Shown here one piece after another: positions 1-8,156 of a stretch of 10,187 nt of DNA. How positions within the stretch are numbered: the stretch's first letter is position 1; every line of letters starts with the position of its first letter. Source of the DNA: Zygophlyctis sp. KS116 (lineage: Eukaryota; Fungi; Chytridiomycota); NCBI GenBank assembly GCA_054661495.1, contig BAAFSQ010000332.1:1-10187 (forward strand), written 5' to 3'. The notes under the pieces were generated by a model that was given only the letters and a program-made list of their open reading frames with translations, ran no database searches and was not told the origin of the DNA. The position numbers were made by a program, and so were the translations under genes.

Positions 1-630
1 AAGTATTTTTACAAGAATTTTTGTCTTTTGAGTTTATCCGATCGCTCTGTAATAATGCATACAGTTGATCTAGAATTATCTGAGCTGCTTTGATAATCGC
101 TTGACTATTCTGGTCTGAAGGATCAAATCCATCATCTTCAAATAGGAAACTTAGAACATTAGCCTGCCTATCATGAAACGGAGGTGACATAAGTTCTCGT
201 GAAATTTATGAACTGTATTTTTGTTAGAAATTCGGACTTGAGAGAATGTATTTCAAAATCTCAATTTGACCATTTTTACATGCTTCATTGAGCGCAATAT
301 TTTCAAAAGCTGAAATATTAACTCTGTAATCGACGACAAGTTAATGAAGCTTGACAATATCTAATTTCCCGTATCTACAAGCCAATCTTAACGTATAACA
401 TTTATCATGACCAGCACCCAATCATCAAGAGAATTTCTTAATGCATCTAGATCTTGGCTTTGCATTGAAAATGTAACTGTTTGGGTTAGATGATACTGAT
501 AAGCCAGTTCGGCAGGAATGTTTAGGGCTTTACAAAGATGAAGTGCATCTGCCAACATAAACCGTTCATTGATCATTATTATTATTTCTCTTGGAATATT
601 CCTGATGATGCATTCCCTTGGAGCGTTCAT
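1..630 (-). pseudogene. Decayed F-box-like + ankyrin-repeat gene (runs off left edge)
   Basis: ATG 630 gives IRNIPREIIIMINERFMLADALHLCKAL (F-box-like). After a frameshift near 420-427 another frame reads CYTLRLACRYGKLDIVKLH*LVVDYRVNISAFENIALNEACKNGQIEILKYILSSPNF*...FDPSDQNSQAIIKAA, i.e. ankyrin repeats, with in-frame TAA at 341-343, 224-226 and 206-208. Confidence 0.7.
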
Positions 631-673
631 GCTGAGAGGTATTTTTAGGATTCTATTTATAGACTAGTTCAAA

Positions 674-1640
674 ATGAGTTCTCAGTCCGAGGTTAGGTCA
701 AAAGCACTCATGAATTTTGAAACTTTTTCACAGACTCAAAAGCATAACTTTATTCAAGCGGCTGCGGGTGGATTCTCTGGCCTTTCATCGGCCCTCCTTG
801 TCAATCCACTGGATGTTGTTAAAATTAGAGCGCAGAATGCTTCAAGGAAATCGAGCATGGACTGCTTTCATGAAATTTGGATGCATGAAGGGTACAAGGG
901 TTTCTTTAGGGGAGTCTCAAGTACAGCAATAGCTTATTCTGTAGATAAAGCGATATGGTTCAGTAGTTATGTAAAAATTAAGGATTTACTGTCACATTTT
1001 TTCGATATTCCACATGCATCTCTTGTAAATCATTTTTATTCTTCTGTATTCTCTTCAGCAATTACCATCTTATCGACAAATCCAATTTGGGTGATTAGGA
1101 CACGGTTTATGACACAACCCTTATTGGAATCGAAAGCACCTTATTATTATCAATCAATATCTCATGCTTTTAAAACAATTTATAGAAATGAAGGCATAAC
1201 TGCTTTCTATAAAGGAGTGGGTCCTTCCTTTTTAGGTATATCTCATGTTGCAATACAGTTTCCATTATATGAACAGTTCAAATTAAAGTTTACAGGTAAG
1301 TACTTTAACTTTTTTAAAAATTTTAGACCATGAATCTGGCAAGAATGATTTGAATTCTTCTTCAATTCTTTTAGCATCAGCATCATCAAAAATGATTGCA
1401 TCTACAATGACTTATCCTCATGAAGTGGTAAGAACAAGGTTACAGACTCAAATTGGAAATTCAAATGATGGAAAATACAAAAGTTTGTTTCAGTCAATCA
1501 GATTAATTTATAAAGAAGAGGGAATTTCAAGTTTTTATAAAGGCATGGGAATTAACTTGATAAGGACAGTACCGACAACTGCAGTCAGTTTACTCACTTA
1601 TGAAATACTCGTCTATGAGTTGAAAAAGGTTCTTTTATAA
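674..1640 (+). CDS. YIA6: Mitochondrial carrier (SLC25), NAD+ transporter Yia6/Ndt1-like; join(674..1295,1327..1640), 311 aa
   Basis: Three PX[DE/W]XX[KR]XR motifs (PLDVVKIR, PIWVIRTR, PHEVVRTR), plus LGISHVAIQFPLYE and ASSKMIASTMTYPHE, which are typical of NAD+/FAD carriers. A 31-nt GTAAGT..TTTTAG intron at 1296-1326 joins the two ORFs in frame. Confidence 0.88.
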
Positions 1641-1692
1641 TCCTTGAATTCATTGTTTCTCTTGTAAAATATTGAAATTATTTTAAAAATTC

Positions 1693-3637
1693 CTATCCGG
1701 CAGCAGGAGTTTCTTCAAACTCATAATGTCCACCAACATTGACAAATCCAACAATTTCTTTGAGTTGAGGAGTTATGTCGGACAATCCATTCTCCATATC
1801 GGCGGGTAGAGATGGATATATGCTGGGAAAGTGATGCGGCTCTTTGAAACTTTTGTGATGCTTTAACAAGCTTAGACAGAATAAATAGCGAACAACGAAT
1901 AATTTCAAAAAGTCATCCTGGATAAACCGTTTTATGCTATTGTCTTTCATTAAACAAGATACTATACTCACCTAAACTTTCATGCTTCTGTAAAGCCTCC
2001 ATAATTGTAGTCTCTATATTTTCCACTCTGGAAATAGTCTGTGACCAAGTTTCACTGGCCATCTCTGTAGCTTCAGAAATATATGCTAACCCCTTGACTG
2101 GAGAGTGCAGGAAAAGAGTAAATAAGCTTCCGATTTGATTCATATCTTAAAGTAAATATTTTGGGTATTCATACCTTTTATATTAGCTGGATACTCTGTA
2201 GGGCTCATCAAGCAAGCGAAATCTGCAGAAAACATGATTGGAGTATTCTAATGTCTTATGAATCTAAAAATACCCTAAAGGCCGTACTGTTTGTACTGTC
2301 AACTATTAAAAACATTGGTTTCCGTGTAAATGGCACCAAATCATTAGGATGTAAACAGTGGATCAAAGCTGTAGGCTCCCCTTCTTTACCTGTAGGCAAT
2401 TTACGTGGTAGATTTATAGCAGTAGCAATGCCACCTCCAAATCCTTAAATTTTAATCAAAAGAAAATTACCAGTTTCTAATCCATGAGCATCAGATTTTA
2501 TATCCTTCTTTGCTCCGTCTGCAGAAATGTATAACATAAAAGCAGACGAATCTGAAATATCCTTAAATGCTGTCGCCAGATAGAGGTAAAGCTGTGCAAA
2601 AGTTGGTCTGTATAAAAGATATTTGTGAGGATTAGCCCTTTTACTTGCCGGATCTTCCTCTGACTTTTCAGACTCACCTGCAGGTTTAGTTGTAGTTAAA
2701 CTTGATGAAGGCTCTCTCTCCAGAGATTGAAGCATACGATACATGTCAAGCGTTAATTCTGAAAACTTTATCTAATTTGTTTGGATAGTTTAAAACTTAC
2801 CTGATTTTGATAATTTCCAACCAAAACAACTTCTTGTAATTTCAGCCGCGAAGCACTATCTTTTTCTTTTGACTCCATACCTGGCTGTAATCGCGCCACT
2901 GAATTTAATGTATTCCCTTCAAAGTCTACCGGAGATAGCTTTTTTTCAGCCTAAGAATAAAACCCATTTTTCAAATTACTTCTAAAAATGTTGAAATTTC
3001 AGATAACACAACATTCCACTCTGCAGAATCATTTGGCTTATAAGTCTCTGTATATTCACTTACAAGTAAAGTGAGCTCTTCCATTAGCTTTTTCACAATT
3101 GGAATCCTATCCAACAACAGACAAACTACTATAAACCGAGCATAATATCGTAATTTTTTTATCATTAGAGATGGGCTATAATCAGCATTAGAAATATTAC
3201 TTTTTTGTTTCTAAAACGTCCTTAAAATATCCTCTTTCACGTATTGCATCATAAAATACAAACGATTCAAACAAGTAATTAGTTTCTGAAGTTCTCAGAT
3301 AGTAATGATAGTAAAGTTGACCAATTTTAGATGCTAATTCTCCAATTTCCCATCTCTTAAGTCCGTACAAGTCTGGATTTTCCAAAATCGGTCTTTTCCA
3401 TTATGACAAAATATTTGATACCTATTTTCTTGTTGGAATTTCCATAATTTTGTATAAACCTCAAAAGTCCTTTGGAAATATGGCTGCCAATTCCTACCGG
3501 TCGGTGGCAAGTCTCTTAATCCAGCAAACAATTGTTGCGATTTTTCCAAGAGATACTGAAACTCTTTTATTATGATTAATATATTTACCTTCGACTATTT
3601 TAGACTGGGCGGATGAGTCCTGGGCTGTGGAATCCAT
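1693..3637 (-). CDS. SCAI: SCAI family protein, 10 exons, 565 aa
   Basis: Hallmark motifs FQYLLEKSQQLFAGLRDLP, YGLKRWEIGELASKIGQLYYHYYLRTSET, KKLRYYARFIVVCLLL, KFSELTLDMYRMLQSLERE, NPHKYLLYRPT and CLHPNDLVPFTRKPMFLIVDS. Introns at 3564-3588, 3393-3421, 3176-3200, 2951-2979, 2772-2800, 2444-2470, 2248-2273, 2146-2174 and 1944-1971 give a continuous 1698-nt frame from ATG 3637 to TAG 1693. Confidence 0.93.
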
Positions 3638-3658
3638 CGTAGCAGCGGATTATTCAAG

Positions 3659-3664
3659 ACGCGT
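3659..3664. promoter_or_regulatory. ACGCGT (MCB-like box) just upstream of the SCAI ATG
   Basis: Exact palindrome ACGCGT about 20 bp upstream of the start codon, next to the 9-bp repeat. It is a single copy and function is inferred only. Confidence 0.25.
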
Positions 3665-3669
3665 AATGA

Positions 3670-3714
3670 TCCGTTTTGTCCGTTTTGTCCGGTTTTTCTG
3701 TTTTGTCCGTTTAG
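3670..3714. repeat. Tandem 9-bp repeat x5, consensus TCCGTTTTG (CAAAACGGA on the SCAI strand)
   Basis: Units tccgttttg, tccgttttg, tccggtttt, tctgttttg, tccgtttag, in exact 9-bp register. Confidence 0.9.
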
Positions 3715-3865
3715 TTCTAGCGCTGCAGCATTGATCATTCGTATCATACACTGGTGATCACATTAGCCATATCCATATGACATATTATTCAGTATCAATA
3801 AATCAAATTAAATGCAATCAGCTACTAATTTATTTTTGCAAATGCAATACAACCTAAAAAAGATC

Positions 3866-5994
3866 TCAAATATATGTCAAATCAAACAAATCACTCTCCC
3901 AAGGGTAGTTTTCACGATGTGATTTTGGCTTTGAGGCTATTTTTTCCTTTGTCTTGTCTTTTCCAATGTCCGATGATAGTTTTTTTGAATCTTGTACTTT
4001 TTTCGCCGCAAGGTTTGATCTAGCAGTCTGTTGTACTTTTCTTCTGGTTACAATCATATCGACTTTAGAAACAACTTCACGGATTTTCAATTTCAAAGAT
4101 TGGGTAAAGTGAGATCTGATCAAATTCTTTATCGCTGGTCTAAATAAGAAATATAAGACTCTATGATTTGCGTTTTGTATTTGGAATTTAATCTTGTCCA
4201 TAAATACATCTGCTTTTTCAACTCGAAAAGTTTTTAAAGAATCATCAGGATAGTAGGCCAGTTTCAAGTTAAGAGAAATTCCAGTTTTTAAAGTTTGAAA
4301 ATCAAGAGATCCACGGTCCCGTAGTCTAGTAATTCCTGAATTTACTTGATAAGAAAAAGGAACAGAAGAAATATCCAAATGCGATTCATGAAGAACAATA
4401 GAAATTGATGAATATTTCTGATCTGTAATTGTATCTCTAATACCCATCACTATCCCCTTTGATAACTTGTATTCAATAAACGATGGTAAAAAATCATCCA
4501 AAGGTATTTCAAACTGATCCAATTCAAAACCAAATTGCTTATTTGAAGTCTTGATGGGAGGAATTCGAATCCTTCTTATCTGATTCAAGAGATTCTAGAA
4601 ATTTTAGAATAATTATTTTTACCGGAAGCAGTACAAGCATCAAGTCATTTAAAAGATCTTGATTTAGAATCTTTTTATCGCCAATTTGATAATAAAAATC
4701 ATCCAGCAATGCTTTAGAAGATTGTGAAAGGTTTTGAACTAAAGGCTCAGATTGCAAATCTCTAAAAACTTGATTCACTTGTTTCAAGATATTTTCAATG
4801 TTTTCTCCACAAGACTTTGATACATGGGAGCGTGTATCTTCAACCAAAATGCATCCCGCCAAGACTGTATCTGGGTCTTTTCTGAAAACTTCATCTCTTA
4901 AAGATCTTTCTAAAAATGTCATCAATTCATCGAATATATGTCGTAGTTTATAGTCTTTTTTAAGCTTATCTGTGAGCAGATTTAATTGATTCTGATAGCC
5001 TTCTAACGAGTTCCCAACAATATTTCTTAAAATTTCCTTTAATTAATTGACCATTTCCTTACCATGAACGATTTTCTTGCTTGTTCAATATTTACATCAT
5101 TTGCACTCTCTCTTTCCGTTTCAATTGAATCTTCCGATCCGGTCTTAACAATTTCTTTGATTTCTCGTTCAGACTTTCGGACACAAGATATAATGAATTC
5201 AAAGGCCTCGTTATATTCAGAATCCTGTGAAATTTCATCAACCAACTCTAACAAATGAGAAATCACTTCCTTGTCTTCCAAGGATACAACATTTTCTGGC
5301 AAGACCTGATCTTGCTGAGTAGTTCCAGTGACTGCATCATTTCCTTTTGATGATCTAGTTTTACTTAAATCAAATTACTCTTTGGCTCTATTATTTAAAT
5401 AAAGCTTTGAGACTATTTGTCCGATTTCAATCAACATTTCTCTAAATTTAGAGCTTGTAACAACAAGTAGAATAAAATCCTTTCCTTTTTCTAAAGCGAC
5501 TCTATCAGACATAAGATCCTTAATCTTTAATCCTGCATCAGTCTCTGGAAAAGATTTTGCAGCCAATCGTAAATGATAAAGAAACGTTTGTATTTCTGCA
5601 TTTGAATTCTTGCTTCTCAAAAACTTTCATCAACCAATAATATGCTTACATTCTCTAAAGATTCTATGAACTGTTGCAAATTATTCAGCATTTTCTCTTG
5701 CGACTTTGTGCTTGCGGTCTTCCCAACAGATTGCTTACTGATCATTGCGTAAAATCTCTGCAATGCAATGCATACTTGATCGTTTGTTGGAAATTTACCG
5801 GATTCAATATTCTCATAAATTTCCATTGGATTGATTCGATATCCCAGATCTCTTTCATCTAAACAAAATCGGCGTCGAATCGCTGCTTCACGATGTGTGG
5901 CACTTTCTATTCTAGTGATTCTGGATGCTCTCTTTGAAGCCTTGAAAGACTTTGGAATAGAAAATCTTGGAATCTCATCATCTGAAGTGGGCAT
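3866..5994 (-). CDS. Fungal DUF5923/DUF4449-type protein (BPI/TULIP-like C-terminal region), 5 exons, about 674 aa; start uncertain
   Basis: Motifs IESGKFPTNDQ, KNSNAEIQTFLYHL, LVVTSSKFREML, DLLNDLMLVLLP-NLLNQIRRIRIPPI, DDFLPSFIE and NHRVLYFLFRPAIK match my recollection of this family. Introns at 5624-5649, 5355-5378, 5037-5062 and 4595-4622 join five ORF-track fragments in frame. Alternative starts are 6039 and 5826, or fusion to the upstream gene. Confidence 0.78.
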
Positions 5995-6017
5995 TTTAAG
6001 AAAAGCTTCCAGAAACT

Positions 6018-7205
6018 TTATTTTCTTATTGTATCCCATAGTATACCACCAATTCTCCCACCCGATCGTATCTTGAATTCCTTTTGTGTCATGATACTAG
6101 AAACAAGTCCTGCAACTAATAAAATCCAAAGCATCAGCAATATACTTTCAGTCATGGCTATATTTTTTAATTTTGGTATGCATTGTAATTTGAATTCTAA
6201 AATATTTGAAGATATTGATTTGACTCTTTGAGTTTGAGGATTCTTCTTCAAGGCTCCTAAAACTTGTTTAAAATGTTCCTTGATTTGTTTCCTTATATCA
6301 TTTTCAATCCTGATCTGAGATTTACACGGTGTTAAGTTATCAAAGTCCAGTTTATAATTGACTTCAAACTTTAAGCAATCGTCTATTTTAGAAGCATTTA
6401 ATTGAATTTTGATTCTATAAGGTGCAAAACCTTTTTCAAAATTGTACTCGTAAATCAGAGACATTTGATTATCAGAAATATTCTCCACAAGAATACATAT
6501 ATTTCCTTGTACATTTGAACTGTCAAAAGCTGATTTTACATTTTCCTTGAGTTCAATTTCATATTTTAAAATGTATGAAAAGTCATCCACAAGCTGGAAT
6601 AATGGTATCCATTTGGATTTAGAAAATGTTACAGAATGTTTGGATTTTCCATTGGTTAGCTGAATCCCAGATCTACTTGAAGGAAAAATAATTATTGGAT
6701 TAGCTTGAAGATCTTCCCAAAAGTTATTAAGACTCTTCTTGATCATACTCTTTAGTAGTGAACGTAATTCTGGATTTTTACCATTTTTTAGAGTTTTTGG
6801 ATAAGAGATTTTTGAAGCACATTGAGACTTTGACCTTGATCTCTTCTGAGGGATTGTTTTTATAGATTGATGTACTTCTAATAATTGTGATTGAATGTTT
6901 TGAAAAGCAGATTCCCTTTTAATCAATCCAATCAGATAGATTTCTTGTTGTCCGAAAATGATTGAAATTCCATACGGTAAGAGCATCTTATCCACCTTTT
7001 TTATAGTATCAATATCTTCATATCTGATTGTCATTCTCTTTATCCTACTAAATACTAGAGAATAAAAACAAATCCTTTGTTCTGTCACATAAAGAACCCC
7101 TGGAATTCTCATCCTCTTTTTGTATTTAAGACAGCAAAGATATTCTGCAACTAGTATTTCTGAATCTTCTACTTCTGGAAATCTCTTGTGAATAAGACTG
7201 ATCAT
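6018..7205 (-). CDS. GRAM domain + divergent VASt/StART-like domain + C-terminal TM helix (LAM/Ltc/Aster-like lipid transfer protein)
   Basis: N-terminal HKRFPEV..SEILVAEYLCCL..PGVLYVTEQRICFYSLVF..IRYEDIDTIKKV..PYGISI..KRESAF is a GRAM domain. A beta-rich middle region ends in a long helix (KSQIRIENDIRKQIKEHF), followed by hydrophobic ILLMLWILLVAGLVSSIM. The VASt call is inferred from architecture. Confidence 0.75.
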   Translation of the reverse strand: MISLIHKRFPEVEDSEILVAEYLCCLKYKKRMRIPGVLYVTEQRICFYSLVFSRIKRMTIRYEDIDTIKKVDKMLLPYGISIIFGQQEIYLIGLIKRESAFQNIQSQLLEVHQSIKTIPQKRSRSKSQCASKISYPKTLKNGKNPELRSLLKSMIKKSLNNFWEDLQANPIIIFPSSRSGIQLTNGKSKHSVTFSKSKWIPLFQLVDDFSYILKYEIELKENVKSAFDSSNVQGNICILVENISDNQMSLIYEYNFEKGFAPYRIKIQLNASKIDDCLKFEVNYKLDFDNLTPCKSQIRIENDIRKQIKEHFKQVLGALKKNPQTQRVKSISSNILEFKLQCIPKLKNIAMTESILLMLWILLVAGLVSSIMTQKEFKIRSGGRIGGILWDTIRK

Positions 7206-7219
7206 ATTTAAACTGGAAT

Positions 7220-7440
7220 CTATAAATAGTAACTGCCGTTATTAATACCTGCAAACCAATACTTGGTCGTTCACGATTGTCCGAATCTCGGACATGGAAA
7301 CTCTCCATCCACTTTCTCCATCCAATCAAGAGTTATAGAGTATCTTAGTTAGAATTGTGGGACAATATCAAAATAAACAAAAGGTTAAAATATAGAATTG
7401 TTTTCAAACTATCCAAAGAGTCTCCACCAACTGGATGATT
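7220..7440 (-). pseudogene. Kelch-repeat-like relic
   Basis: Reads VGGDSLDSLKTILYFNL, then across a possible 35-nt intron (7344-7378, CTAAC..TAAG) LYSITLDWMEKVDGEFPCPRFGQS*, then shifted frames IVNDQVLV and FAGINNGSYYL*. These pieces assemble into the Kelch pattern W..V.G..P.PR.G[HQ]S..V...lvFgG. Confidence 0.45.
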
Positions 7441-7791
7441 GGATATCTGTTTTAACTTTAACGATTTCTTCATAAACTGATTCTCTTTTTAGAATTTCTC
7501 CTAGACTGATCTAACATTAGTTTTAAAATAGAAAATTACAATTGCACCTTGACTTAATACCAGATCAATCCCTGTAGATATGAATCCCTTACTCTTTTGA
7601 ACTTCTTGTATATTTTCTAGCAATATAACCTTTTTAGAATTACCCATCATTGGATAGAATGCTAGCCTCCTAGGTGTAATATACAATCTACCTCTGTTTT
7701 TAGATCCATTTTCATTAAAGCTGCAGTATAATTCAAGTAGAACAGTTTCAGAAGAAGGCACTTCTGGGAATCTTTCATGGAATGATTTCAT
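7409..7791 (-). CDS. Small stand-alone GRAM-domain protein; join(complement 7540..7791, 7409..7510), 117 aa
   Basis: MKSFHERFPEVPSSETVLLELYCSF..RGRLYITPRRLAFY..ILLENIQEVQK. A 29-nt intron at 7511-7539 (GTAATT..CTAATGTTAG) leads to ISLGEILKRESVYEEIVK, which aligns with IYLIGLIKRESAFQNI in the downstream GRAM gene. Stop TAG at 7409-7411. Confidence 0.7.
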
Positions 7792-7799
7792 TTAAATTT

Positions 7800-8156
7800 C
7801 AAGATTCATTGAGACGGCAGTCAGACTTTTCGGCGCCACAATTTTCCAGTATTTCATTCAGCTTGTCCATAGAGTATGTGTTGAATGCATGGAGATTATA
7901 CAGTTTTTTGTACATTAGAGATTTTATATTCATCATCTCTTTAACAGAAAAGATGCGGTTCGAAAGTTATTGTGTTGCGGCCCAATCTAAAACTATAAAG
8001 GCGGAAAGGTAAACTTTAGTCTTTTGGGATTGCTGAACGATGAGTTTGATTGTTTCATCCAATTAATTGATCATTCATGGGGACTCTGCAAAATTCATTT
8101 TAATCCATGGTATTAAGTAAGACGGAAACATATTTATCAAACAGCTTCTTTAGTTT
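7800..8156 (-). pseudogene. Possible decayed coding remnant of unknown family
   Basis: Protein-like helical text KLKKLFDKYVSVLLNTMD*NEFCRVPMNDQL / LDETIKLIVQQSQKTKVYLSAFIVLDWAATQ*LSNRIFSVKEMMNIKSLMYKKLYNLHAFNTYSMDKLNEILENCGAEKSDCRLNES*, with two TAA stops and one frameshift. No family recognised. Confidence 0.3.

Noticed and set aside
1-430. In-frame TAA codons suggesting a TAA=Gln genetic code (as in some aphelids and ciliates)
   Set aside because: Intact genes end in TAA (1638-1640) and TAG (1693-1695), the 565-aa SCAI has no internal TAA/TAG after splicing, and the region also has a frameshift. Pseudogenisation is simpler.
692-733. Possible 42-nt in-frame intron (GTTAGG..CACAG) near the carrier start
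   Set aside because: It is not needed for the frame, is longer than all other introns here and uses a CAG acceptor seen in none of them; it cannot be supported without RNA.
717-932. 71-aa alternative-frame ORF inside the carrier gene
   Set aside because: It overlaps a well-supported CDS and has no recognisable motif.
2161-2448. 95-aa plus-strand ORF
   Set aside because: Antisense shadow of SCAI exons.
3670-3714. 9-bp repeat as a CRISPR array or telomeric repeat
   Set aside because: There are no spacers, the context is eukaryotic, and it is only five degenerate internal units.
5064-6076. Plus-strand ORFs 5064-5258, 5674-5862 and 5831-6076
   Set aside because: Antisense shadows of the DUF4449-type gene.
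7126-7329. 67-aa minus ORF as a first exon of the GRAM-VASt gene
   Set aside because: It is out of frame with the GRAM ORF, and the obvious CAG|GTATTA..TATAG splice leads to a stop. A 5' extension from ATG 7295 via a 30-nt intron is possible but unsupported.
7782-8012. 76-aa plus-strand ORF
   Set aside because: No motif; it looks like the shadow of the minus-strand remnant.
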